From assembly GCA_951406725.2 (NCBI GenBank), contig OX597816.1:105648001-105712000 (forward strand): 64,000 bases of DNA. The letters run 5' to 3'. Made by a program: the position numbers and the translations under genes. Origin of the DNA: Octopus vulgaris (Eukaryota). Every line of letters starts with the position of its first letter. Position 1 is the first letter of the stretch. The notes under the pieces are model-generated. The model did no database searches. It was not told the origin of the DNA and saw only the letters and a program-made list of their open reading frames with translations. Positions 41,778 through 54,264 of this stretch are shown here, piece after piece.

Positions 41778-42270
41778 TATTTCTTTGCTGCCCACAAGGG
41801 ACTACACACAGAGGGGACGAACAAGGACAGAAAACGGATTAAGTCGATTATATTGACCCCAGGGCATAACTGGTACTTATTTAATCGACCCTGAAAGGAT
41901 GAAAGGCAAAGTCGACCTCGACAGAATTTGAACTCAGAACATAAAGACAGATAAACTACCACTAAGCATTTCACCCGGCGTGCTAACGATTCTGCCAGCT
42001 CACCATCTTTTAAGTATACTTTGTTGAAAAAGCTTTAAAAAACAACATACTGGAGTACATAATTTTTTTATATTTTAGGCACAAGGCCTGAAATTCTGAG
42101 AGAGATGACTGGCCAATACTAATGACTCCAGTGCTCAACTGGTACTTATTTTATCAATACTGAAAGGATGAAAGATTCCAGTCAACCTAGACAGAATTTG
42201 AACTCAGAAAATAAAGCTGGGAGAAACACTGCTATTTTACTCAGCGTACTAATGTCAGCTCACCACCTTA
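41778..42270 (-). mobile_element. Two SINE family B copies (41778-42010 young; 42075-42270 older)
   Basis: actggtacttat.ttaatcgaccctgaaaggatgaaaggcaaagtcgacctc...gaatttgaactcagaa...tctgccagctcacc. Confidence 0.8.
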
Positions 42271-42540
42271 CTGGTATATATAATTAACAGCTTAAAAAAT
42301 ATATATGTACAAGAAAAAATATATACATCATTTATACAAAATTCTTGATAAACTGAACGAAAGCAAATCAATTTATGTCATTGTAGTTGTTGTTTAGCCA
42401 TTACCACCACAGGCCTACATTATCCATCTAATGCATCCTTCCTCTTTTTAAGATGGAAGAATGGGATATGAGGAAGATCTTGCTATTAATTCTGGCAGTG
42501 AGTACATAAAGGCTTCCTTACCCAAGTAAAAGTAATAATG

Positions 42541-43410
42541 ACGTCATCATCATCATTGTTTAACGTCTGCTTTCCATGCTGGCATGGATTGGACAATTTG
42601 ATTGAGGACTGGCAAACCAGGTGGCTGCACCAGGCTCCAATCTGATCTGGCAGAGTTTCTTCAGCTGGATGCCCTTCCTAATACCAACAACTCTGAGAGT
42701 GTAGTGGGTGCTTTTACATGCCACCAGCACAAGGGCCAGTCCAGCGGCACTGGCAACGACCTCGCTCAATTATTTTTTTTTCATGTGCCACTGACACAAG
42801 TTCTAGAAAGGCAATGCTGGTAACAATCACACTCGAATGGTGCTTTTTACGTGCCACCAGCATGGAAGCCAGTCAGCTGCTCTGGAAATGATCACACTCT
42901 GAGGGTGCTCTTAGTGCTCCATTAGCATGGATGCCAGTCATCAAATTTGATTTTGATTTCAATTTCATTTGCCTCAATAGGTCTTCACAAGCAGAGTTTA
43001 GTGTCCAATGAAGGAAAGGTACACATAAGTTGGGCTGGTTACACCCCTGACATAGGCCATGGGTTATGGTCTCACTTGGCTTGCCAAGTCTTCTGAAGCA
43101 CAGCATATCTCCAAAAGTCTCAGTCACTAATCACTGCCTTGGTGAGGCCTAATGTTTGAAGGTCGTGCTTCATCACCTCGTCCCAGGCCTTCCTGGGTCT
43201 ACCTCTTCCACACGTTCCCTCAACTGCTAGGGTGTGGCACTTTTTCACACAGTTATCCTCATCCATTCTCGCCACATGGCTATACCAGTGCAGTCGTCTC
43301 TTTTGCACACCACATCTGATGCTTTTTGGGTCCAACTTTTCTCTCAAGGTACTTACACTCTGTCAAGTATGCACACTGACATTACACATCCATCGGGTCA
43401 TACAGGCTTC
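42541..43410 (-). mobile_element. 5'-truncated RTE-clade LINE (ORF C-terminus, 3' UTR and (TGA)n tail)
   Basis: ORF 43120-43347: LREKL...RRLHWYSHVARMDEDNCVKKC...GRGRPRKAWDEVMKHDL; catcatcat tail at 42545. Confidence 0.85.
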
Positions 43411-43444
43411 ATTCCATTATTGGAATGACCATTATTATTACTAA

Positions 43445-44038
43445 TATGATTGAGTCAGAGGACAGCACATGTCATAAAGAGACACTGGGGTACAAATATA
43501 TGAAGCCCAATATACACTTCATGACTACCTATCTGATAAGGGTACATCAGGCACATGTTCCACAACTATATGTGCATGACATGGTGACTTTATATCAAGA
43601 TAAACAGTACATAATCTTGCAGGTGGGGCTCAGTAGAATTTTCTTCAGGTTGAGTAGCCCATCCCACTCAAAAGGTTCTTGAATAAGGGTTGTTTAAGGA
43701 TATTGAATAAAACAACCATATTTCCAGAGGTGAACTATTCAAACCCCTAAAGAATTCCTCTCAACACATAGCTATGATGCTCCCCCACTACTTCTGTCTG
43801 TGATTAGAGATGCACATATCATCAACAACCAAGGGACCTGCTCTACTGGTTAAGGTCAAGCAACTGACAAGAAAGTATGTGGTATTGAGCAGAATATTTG
43901 CTGTCACCAATCTTTTACACCAAGACAAAATATGTACAAGTTAACACTTCCAATCAGTTAAAATCAGAAGCCATGAGAGCCATTGTCTGGTACTGCATCA
44001 GGGCATTTATTATTGTTATTATCATCATTATTATTATT
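43445..44038 (+). mobile_element. Probable retroelement 3' UTR ending in (TTA)n
   Basis: Higher-GC block ending gcatcagggcat(tta)n; family not assignable from the window alone. Confidence 0.4.
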
Positions 44039-44040
44039 AA

Positions 44041-44250
44041 GGGCAGCAAGCTGACAAAATTGTTAGCATGCCAGGCAAAATGCATAGTGACATTTCATTT
44101 GTCTTTATGTTCTGGGTTCAAATTCCACCAAGGTTGACTTTGCCTTTCATCCTTTTGGGGTCGATGAAATAAGTACCAGTTGATTACTAGAATCGGTGTA
44201 ATCAACTCACCCATCCCCCCAAATTGCTGCCCTTGTGCCAAAATTTGAAA
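44041..44250 (+). mobile_element. SINE family B
   Basis: ggcagcaagctgacaaaattgttagcatgccagg...gggttcaaattcc...gactttgcctttcatccttttggggtcgatgaaataagtacc. Confidence 0.75.
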
Positions 44251-47200
44251 TCATTATTATTATCATCATCATTATTATTATCAAGGCAGCAGTTCAATAC
44301 AAAAATTTACCTAACATGTAAATTTTCCATTTACGTTTTAGGTTTTAATCAGAACAAGCAACCATGTAGAGGTTTTTTCATTGGCTCACAGAAATACTGG
44401 TTATATACTGAGAATGTTTCAGCAGTGACTTTCACTTCTCTAGAAATGTGTGGTATTCTGCCAATGTGAGAAATTGTTATAATCATTACGATAATAACCA
44501 ATCTACTGGTGGGAACAATGTGCTAGTTATAATACTCTAATACAGTGAAATGTATACTGTGTAGCAGCCAAAATTTATATGATTTGGACATTAAGTTTAT
44601 CCTATTTCATCTCAATAATTAATAATACTATTGTTTTAATAGCTTCTGCACTGTTGTGAGTTTTCTTTTAGCCATAGCTGTAGTCTTCTTATTTGGAAAG
44701 ATTTCCTTGACATTAGGATTTTCCTCTTAAAGGATGCATTGTATCTGATGCCAATAGCATTTATATTATAAATATGAGAATAAATAATTTGTAATTAAAC
44801 TTATGGGATAGGTGAAACAATAATCCTCTAGATACTCCATTAAAAGAGCCATCTCCAGGTTAATGACATAAAAAGACATAAATGGTGAAGCCTCTAAGCA
44901 AACAGAATATTTTAACTGTCTTCTGACAATGAGCAAAGAGAGGCATGTATATGACCTTATAACATCCTCTTATATCCAATATAGTGAAGGTGGGGAAGAT
45001 ATGAATAATATAAGTAATATAACAGAAGCCTAGGGAGTAAATAGTTACTGTAAGGAAGCTTGTGTATACTCCAAAGGAAATTATCTAAAACAATATTATG
45101 AAAGCTATTCAAAATTTATTCTACTGTAAACCATGAATCTACCATAGTTATAAGAACAAGATGTTGAAACTACTGTAGGTTAAGAAATCTTCTGTATGTA
45201 CAAATAGTTGTTATTGTTGTTTTTCCTCTTCTCCCATCAGTCCTGATCAATTAGATCTTTGACCAAAGAATGACTGTTATCTTTTTTATAATGCATATAA
45301 TGAAAAGACAGTCATTTCAAACTGAAATGATGTGTTGTATTTATGTTTGACTGAGTTGTCTCACCTTATGCAAATATCCAATGATGAAATAAATAGCAAA
45401 TATAAGAGCCAATATATTTGGCTACAAATCTTGATGGTAAAGCCCCAGTATGACTGAAGTCCACTGACTGAAACTAGTAAAAGAATTTAAAATGGAGAAA
45501 TCTATTTTGATTACATTATCCAATGACTGACTTTTTTTATTTTTTTAACATAGCAGATGGTGATTTGAAGTTGCTATTGAACACACTTATGATCAAAGTG
45601 GTTCCAGTTGTAACCATCCTGTCTTTATTATATATCAACACATGTCTGTCTGTATGTGTGTTTAGTGTTTGAATGATTAGATGTAGGAATTCTGAAAAGT
45701 CCCTACTATTCAAAGAGTATTTTTGTTTTCTCCTTTTCTTATCAAAAATTTATTTTTACCAATTTTATTATCCAATTTTTTCCCCTTGTAGGATGCAAAA
45801 TAATCAATTCTAACATTAAGTATTTATTTCTTGAAAACAAAATTACTAAATCTTTCATTTGTATATATATTTTTTAACTCTTTCAAAACCAAGCCACCTG
45901 AGTCCACCACCAGTTCTGATGAAAAACTTAGCATTTTAAAGTGTTTAATTTGAAACCTTCAGCCATAAATGTATATGTAAGGCCTGTTTTGTTATGTTCC
46001 AAACAGCAACTTAACACTGGGCTGGTTGGCTGCTTCATGAAATCTCTCCAAATTTTTAATTATTTTAAAAATTAATTGACATGGTGCATTTTGTTAAAAA
46101 CAGGGTTACAAAATATTTAACTATATAAATTAGGTTCATCAATTTACCTCATTAATTATTCAAGTTAGGAAGAAAAAAACAATGTTATTAGCTTAACATA
46201 CAGGTAGGCAATGATGCAGTTTGCATTTGTTTTGGTCACATGTGAATGTCTTTTTAGGGAAATTTTCTCTTTGGGGAATAAACCTTTGGCTTTCTAGAAT
46301 TTATATTTTCACAAGGTCTCAGTCCAATGTTTCACTTCTGTTTATAGCCATGTATCAAATAAATAATTTATTCATTTATTAGCATAGTAAATAATACCCA
46401 GCATAAAAAAAAGGCAAAATAATAAATTTCTAAACACATTTAAAAGAAACTTCTAATGAAACAATTGCTAATTCTATTAATAAGTGTTATATGAAGAACA
46501 ATTTAAAATGTTATTGTTTTCCAAGTGAAGTAATTTAGCGCACAGCTGGGAATTGATGTGAGTTGTTTACTCAGCATATTAGATTTACTTTTTTGCACCA
46601 CTCTACCACTCTAAGATGCTCTCTCTCTCTCTCTCCTCATTCCCCTCACACACACACACATTTATTTATCTTTTCTACTGCTGACCAGAATCATGAGAAT
46701 TTTGAGCAAACTGCTTCATGGTTTGCTTTTTATATTCTGAGTTCAAATCCCATCAAGGTCAACATTGCTTTCATTTTTCAACAAATGAAATAAAACTGAT
46801 TCCTCCACCAAATGTGTGGCCTCGTGTTTTTGTTGAGAAAATGTTCTCAGCCTGACACATGATAGCTAACTGTATAAACTGCAATATAAGCAACCTGCTT
46901 ATGGTGTAAAAGGTGAAATAGTGGTTCAGCTGGTATGGTTTGATGGGACAAAATATCATCATCCAAAAGGCATTCAAATTGTAATCATAGCAATTAACTG
47001 TTCAGTATATTTAGGCATTTTAAGGTGGCACTGTGACATTTGATGGAGATTTAACTGTTATTTCTAGCAGGATGAGCAACGAAACAAAAGCTTCTTCATT
47101 GGTACTGATATTTAGTTTGCATATATATTATATATATATATAACGGGCTTCTTTCAGTTTCCGTATACCAAATCCATTCACAAGACTTTGGTCTATCCAA

Positions 47201-47559
47201 GGCTATAGTAGAAGACACTTGAACCCAGAACCATGTGGTTAGGAAGCAAGGACTATAAACCAACAAAATGTAATCAATACAAAAAGAAAAAGTGATATTG
47301 TCAAATTTCTAAAACTGCTGAAATTGAATTAGGTTGAACACATTCAAAGCAGAATCACAACAGGTAGATGGAAAACAGATAGAGTGGTTTCTAAGATATC
47401 ACAAAAACAAAAGAAAAAGAAGAAAAAGCAGAGGATGACAAAAAAGATGGAGGAATGAAGTGACAAAAGTTGGAGATTTTAGTCAAATCAATCCAAAAAT
47501 AAAATAGAAACGTTGTTCTTAAATCTCTCAACAAGAGATATTCAGTAGCAGCATTTTAA

Positions 47560-48056
47560 AGTAGCAATTTTTTTACCAAGCTAATGTGACAGTCCCATTG
47601 CGGGGCAAATGCTGCTGTTGTTTAGCCCAAGGAGACATCATCTCCAACTAGCTATACGACACATGATCTGTGTCCTTATACTTTCGAACAGGGGAGGTTA
47701 GCAACCCTACCCAGCACAAAGCAGTATCTGTGGACCATACAGTTTCAGGGTCATTTCCCTTTGTCAGCACAGAATAACTCTTTGGCTGTGGCAAAGATCA
47801 TTACTTTAATGTGCTGCTACTGAATATCACTTATTGAGAGATTCGGGAACAACAATGTTTCTATTTTATTAGATCAGTGACTGTGAATTACTTAGAAAAT
47901 TATATATATTTTCGAACAGGTGTTTAGCAGTGCCATCTCAGCTGAAGAGTTATTCTGTGTCGGTGAAGCTCGAGAAGATGTCTCCTGGGGCTAAACAACA
48001 GTAGCATTCACCACCAAATGAGACTGCCACATTTAGGTTGGCAAAAAATTGTTACT
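47560..48056. mobile_element. MITE/foldback element with about 90-bp imperfect TIRs, related to 30891-31279
   Basis: gtagcaattttttt.cca...aatgctgctgttgtttagcccaaggagacatc versus gatgtctcctggggctaaacaacagtagcatt...ttggcaaaaaattgttac. Confidence 0.75.
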
Positions 48057-48079
48057 AATCCAACAATATATATATATAT

Positions 48080-48333
48080 TCTACATCGAATCAAAAGCGG
48101 GATGGACACTTCGATTTCGTGTTGGTGCCCCACTCTGTCGTACGCGACTATGAGGATTTGCATCCCCAACGTAAAACTTATAATGTAATATATGTCCTTG
48201 AAGTAGTAATTGTACGCAGCTGAAGAAGGCCATAGACACACATTTACATCAATTATGCATTGTTATAAAACCGTCTAATAAAGGCCCGAAACATATGTAC
48301 CACTAAATCCTTTGAATCATGTTTTTATTTTGA

Positions 48334-48336
<3 letters not shown>
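48080..48336 (+). mobile_element. TA-flanked short insert with a hammerhead-like core (48212-48303)
   Basis: CTGAAGA aggcc-atagac...gtcta-..ggccc GAAA CATATG TA; CpG-rich; (TA)n on both sides; stem I is poor. Confidence 0.5.
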
Positions 48337-48368
<32 letters not shown>

Positions 48369-48372
<4 letters not shown>

Positions 48373-48568
48373 GATGTATTTGCATAGCAAGTGACCTGAT
48401 CTGCTGGAACGAAAACAATTGCAGCGTGGAAGGTGTTTATAAGTCATTTAAAAAACACACAAAAACCATTAGATTCACTTCAACATTTAAATTTAATTTG
48501 TCAAAATATTTACGGCGCTTTGAGACCACGACCTGTTCACTGACAAAATTCTGTGCTGCATCATTTAT
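48369..48568 (-). mobile_element. TA-flanked short insert with a degenerate hammerhead-like motif (48497-48547), G3-C8 variant
   Basis: tttgtca GTGAACA G gtcgt-ggtctcaaa-gcgcc GTAA ATAT TT tgacaaa; perfect 7-bp stem I. Confidence 0.45.
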
Positions 48569-50433
48569 ATATATAAATAAAGAAGAAAAAACACAACAAA
48601 AAGAAATCATCTTTTCTAAATAGTTGGAAAGTAATGACTTATTTGATTTACTGATATGTATTTTGTTCCCAACCTATTACAGACAGGAAGCCATGCTCTG
48701 CCTGTTCTCTAGAAAAATTATTTCTTACATGTCAAAGAGGGAGCATTCATATTGTCATTCACCTTCCAAGAAGCATAGATACATAATGCCCAAAAGGACA
48801 GGAAGGTTATACATGGAATGTCTTTGGCCGTGGGTCTGCTTGGTTATAGTTGGCAAGAGGCAAAATAACAGCAAGCCTTTACCCTTCACAGATTCTTCTA
48901 TTAAAACAAATTTCACAGATTATTGTCATTTCCAGTGAGATGTTAAAAAATCTCCTGCATTCACTGTCCAAATTTGGTAGGTTTATAACATTAGATCATT
49001 GACTCTAACACTGGCATTCTCACATACTGTCAGAGAGTATAGTTTAGCAGCAAAAATTTTCCCATGGATGCAATTTATATACTTGAATTTCACTCATTTA
49101 ACTACCCTGGGTTATTTAATAGCAAGAAGCTTTTACTTCAATTGCAGAGAACTGTACTGTATCACTTAATATAATTGTGCCACATTGCAACACACAGTGG
49201 CATGAAATCATATTATATGAACTAGTCATACAGCAGTATTACACCAAAATGACTACCTTCTTTCTGCATAGGGAACTATCACCAACAATCCAATAACACA
49301 ATTGTCATGTAAGCCATGACAATCTCTTAACAAACAATATATCATGTACAACTTACAACTAATAAAAGTTATTTCAACTTCTGATAGAATTGATCATTTA
49401 TTACAATTCGAAACATGCACAAGTCATGACATTGGCAATAAATAATAACACACAGTAAGATACAAAATCCATAATATGACAAAACAACTTCACTATACAT
49501 CAAACAAAGATGGAATTTCTCAACATTTTTCATCAAATATGGATTGCTGTCTCTAAATCCCCACTAATCATAGTCCCTACTCTGACAATATCATCTACAT
49601 AATATTGTTTAATGCAATATTGCTGAATAATTTTCATAGCTGGTTAAATGTTTTATTGATTTTGTAATGGAATTAGGTTTGAGTTTCTCATCTCAACTTG
49701 TTTACTCATTGGTGACATTAATTCAAGTATCATATTGCTACATTGCTGTCATGAATAAAGTGACTATTGCTATTTCAATGCAACAGCTATTTCTTCACTT
49801 TTCCTCACAATATAATCGCAGAACCTATACTTAGAAACCAGTGCATAAAAGAGCACCTATACTTAGTAGCCTGTATAAAAAAGAGAGCCTATACATATTA
49901 GCCTATGCATTATGCATAAGCCAACACAATATTGATTTCTAACTTAGGCAATGAATTTGATGGAGAGCGGGCACAGTCAGTTTATACTAAGCTAGTATAT
50001 ATGGGGCTTAATTTATCAATCTTAGAAGGATGAAAAGCAAAGTCAACTTGCCCCAGCAAGATTTGAACTTGAAAACTAAAACAATAGAATAATAAACCGA
50101 GTAAAAATTGATATCATCTGTTTACTTATTTCTTTATTTGTTGGAGGTTGATAACCTCATCTTTCATATTGCTGTATGCTTTATAAGGAAGAGACCATCT
50201 GAAATTCAGTATAAATAGAAATACAGAAGATAAATTGAATAATTTGGAAAAAGCACCATTCTACTCATGCAATAACTTATGTGGAAAAATATATGGTATT
50301 TTATTCATATCTGAGATCATTTAATATTGTCAGCCCTTCTACACTATATATCAATATTCAGGAGAGCAGAAAAAAGTGTTTCCCTATGGTCATTCTCTCT
50401 ACACAATATAGCAGTTAAATTCACCTCAATATA

Positions 50434-51709
50434 TTGGGTCATCCCACAAATAATGCAGATTTTTATACTTCTTTTAATTTTCAAAATTAAGAAAATAAGT
50501 TCTTTTTTAATCAAAAATATACTCTCCTTCATTTCCTACAATACTCTTCCATCTATCTGGCAGACTTGCAAGGCCCCTCTTTCAAAATTCACTTGCCCAT
50601 CATAAAAAATACTCTTCTAGTATTGGTCTGGCCTCATCTACAGAATTCATTTTTTTCTGTCCAAACGATTTTGAAGACTGCGGAATAAATGATAATCAGA
50701 TGGGGCAACGTCTGGTGAATATGGTAGGTGGGGCATCGTTTTCCATTCAAACTGCTCCAGCCTTTGGAATGTCATCCTTGCTGTATGAGGCCAAGCATTA
50801 TCCAGATGAAAGAACATCTTTTGTCTTGAAACCAAAGGTGGTCATTTTTCTTCTAGCACTGACTTAAGCTGTTAAAGCTGCTCACAGTAGATCTCCTTTG
50901 TTATCATTTGGCTTGGGTTTAAAAGTTCAAAGTGGACTAAACCTTTCATATCCCACCAAACAGATAATAATACCTTACATGAGTGAAGACCTGGGGTGCT
51001 GATGTTTCTCCTTTCCCTACCCACTGTCTTCGGTGTTTGACATTTTTATAGAGTACCCATTTCTGTCACCAATCACTATTTGGTCAAAAAAAGATTCATT
51101 CATGAGACATGACAGCAAAGAAGTGTACACATTTACTCTCAGTATGCAATTAGACTTGTAAAGTTTGTGAGGAACCCATTGACCCAATTTGCTAACTTTT
51201 CTGATGGCACACAGGTGTCGATGAATGGTTGAATGACCAAATCTAAGCTTCTTTGCTAGTTCCTCAACAGTTATGATGGTATTTTATTCCACCAGGGTTT
51301 GCAGGACAACCTTATCAAGCTCTACAGGACATCCTTATCAAGCTCATCTTCTAGGCTGTAGTTTCTGGCTCAGAATGTTTGGAACCACTGTTGACACTGG
51401 CTTACACTTATTGTCCAATCTCCATATACTGCATTAATATTCCTCACACTTTCCATTGCATTGCTGCCTTTATTGAACTCATAAAGCAATATATGTCGAA
51501 TATGGTCCTTTGTCACTTCCATTATAGCTTTAAAAAAATAAATGTTAAAATTGAACTGCACTCTTCAAAACTTGCACTAAGAATAAGGACAAGGTAAAAT
51601 TACTACCTGCTTTTATAGCAAGTTGATGCAGGTAGTTTATCTCATCCCCCTCCTGACTTTTAGTTCATGCAATTTTTAAAAAAAACACATTATTCATGGG
51701 ATGACTCAA
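50434..51709 (-). mobile_element. Full-length (1276 bp) mariner element with TA target duplication
   Basis: TA|ttgggtcatcccacaaataatg ... cattattcatgggatgactcaa|TA; internal transposase remnants. Confidence 0.92.
50500..51522 (-). pseudogene. Mariner (DD34D-type) transposase pseudogene
   Basis: MEVTKDHIRHILLYEFNKG..., WVPHKL, HLDNAWPH, HLPYSPDVAPSDYHLFRSLQN; several stops and frameshifts. Confidence 0.92.
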
Positions 51710-53441
51710 TACTTTCTGTCATTTCAAAAATGTAACCATATCTTGAGATTTTAAACTAAAGAAAGCAAGCTCTTATTAAATTTCAAAAAAAAAAAAAAGA
51801 ATTATCATAGCCAGAACAATGACCAAAGTGATTTGTAAATCAGCTACCTCCACAGATTGAGGAGGTTTAACAAAGTTAAAGTAAGTTGGCTGAGGCTACA
51901 GTATTAGTTTGTACAATAGAATATTGCTCTCTCTCAACAAAGCAGAGATGTTTAGTGCCTTGCCCCATATATTTTAGTGTTAGCACTGCAATACCCACTC
52001 ATATCAGCCATTGTAACACTTCAATTATGAATAGACAGTATCTGCTTTCTTACTAGTGACAGAGCAAAGCAGCTTAGTGTATCTAGATAATGGTAAGTTT
52101 TAACCGATTGCCTTCAGACCTTAATTTGTGGGCCACTCTGAGCATTTAAAATAATCATCAAAGAGCAAATATATCTGAAAACAATCTTGATCACAAGGCA
52201 TCACTAAAGTTCTGAGAGCTACTTTTATGGAAATCCGCCAATTATTATCTGCAAACATATTTGATGCTGTAGACTCTACAGTGTAGAGTCTTATAGTAAA
52301 CTTCATATTCCAATGGAAAGTTAGAATATTTAATTATTCAGATATAGTAAGCACCATAATATCTGAGATTGAAAACATCTAAGGAAAACAATTTATCGTC
52401 CAATATGATATTTGCTTATAACACTGATCGCTATTTTAACCTCTTAGACTCAACACAACTAGAGATCTGATAATTTTGTTTACAGCACAATTACAAAAAA
52501 ATATCGATATTTAAACTGCTCTTGTTTTAAATAGGCAATATTTTATCCAATAAGATGTACAGTTTTGGAATAGAAGATGCAGTACCTAGGTCTGGAGAAC
52601 TACTATCAGTAGTTTGACTACAACAGCATTTATGTTGTTGATATATAATGTATGTATGTGTGTTGCACCTTGAAAGATGTAATTCCACAGGGATGCTGCT
52701 AGGAGAGGAAGAATGAGGATTAGTATTTGAGGAATAGATAAATGCCCTAAGTAGATTTAGGGCACTTATCTCTCTTACTCCTACATCTCACATATAAACT
52801 ACATAAGGTTACAAAAATGCATGAGATAAGTTGCCTAACAGCATAAAAATAGAAAAAATAAACTCAATACAGAGCTAAAGCTAGAGATTGATGAGTGTTC
52901 TTTGACCATATGCATATCTATCAAGTGAAAAGCTGGGCGATTGTGTATATCCATAATGAATGCACCAGCCTAGACATGTGAGAAGGATTTATGTGTGGCA
53001 TATATGTATACCTTATATAGCATCAGAAGTTGTTGAGGACATTGTTTTTATTTATTTTTGTTTTGTTGGGGAGAGGGGCTTCAAAGAGGAAACCAAACTT
53101 TTGCAAACCAATATACAATTTTAGCCATGAAGAATATGTAACAGTTATATGTAATATCCATTATAAGTACTGAGAACTTGAAATTAAAGCAGCTTAATAT
53201 ATTGACTTCAAAACCATGCAAATAATAGGTATTAAATGTTCCAATAAGATACATTTCTTAGCAAAAAATTATCTCCTTTCAAATAACTCATTACAATTTT
53301 GAATATTTCCAACAATACTGACACTTCATAGTTTCACACCATAAGTTTATGCTACCTTGCATTCTTTTGAAATCAGTGAGACAGGTAGCAGTTATGTGCG
53401 AGATGTCAATTCAGTTAGCTGATCACTTTCATATAACTTTA

Positions 53442-54230
53442 CTAGCTAAATTACCCAGTGTTGCCTGGGTTATTATTTAGATTAGTAAACAATAAATATA
53501 AAAATGTATTTTTTCTCATAATTATTTCAAAATATCTATATCTTATTAAAAATTATCCAAATTGTAATGATAGAATTTAGAACAGAAAATCTGTCAAACT
53601 TAAAGTACCTCAGAGTAAACAATATTCATTATGTAATTTTTTGTTGGTGTCCAAATGAATAAATTGTTGCTGCTTCCAACTCATGAGCAGCCAACATACA
53701 GTTGGCTATTGGAGAAGCATGTAACAGAGAGATGAAGTCCAACTACCTTGAGCGACTGACCCTGAGATTTGTTAATTGAAATACTAAAACTTAGTTTGAC
53801 TGGAAACTGAAGCATCTTAAATTCAAATGGAACATCTGTAGGTGTGAGAGGAAATTTTGGAATAAAGACATTTTGTTCTTTGTGGCTACCTGTTATGAAT
53901 GTTGCCTGTAGAACATGGGACTTCATGGAAGTAACAATTAAGTGAGTTCCATTACACAGGTGAGGTGGGTCAAGATTCCTAAGTAACATAATGGGAGCAT
54001 CCAGCTTTAGTGTCAAGTTATGTGGTAGCATCCCAGTGGGTTTAAGTGTGTTGAGAAATTCAAAGGGTATTGAACAGCTTGCTCTTGATCTACTGTTGTG
54101 TGAATTGATGAAAAATAATTTCTGATGTATTTGCTAACTTTTGAAGTTCGTGATTGAGCTTATCAACCATTTCATTAGTTGGAACCAGTATAACTCTTTC
54201 ACATAGCCAGTTTACAACAGTGTAATTGAC
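53442..54230 (-). mobile_element. Helitron 3' portion with a PIF1-helicase remnant
   Basis: ORF 53681-54031: PHNLTLKLDAPIMLLRNLDPPHLCNGT...QFPVKLSFSISINKSQGQSLKVVGL...QLYVGCS; minus-strand 3' hairpin acccag-gcaaca-ctgggt then CTAG|T. Confidence 0.9.
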
Positions 54231-54264
54231 AATCACACATACACTCACACATGCATACACCATC

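Noticed and set aside
50647-51561. SETMAR-like domesticated gene
   Set aside because: No SET domain, multiple disruptions, flanked by TIRs.
52736-52771. Isolated 15-bp-stem hairpin
   Set aside because: No element context and no Helitron-type CTAG end.
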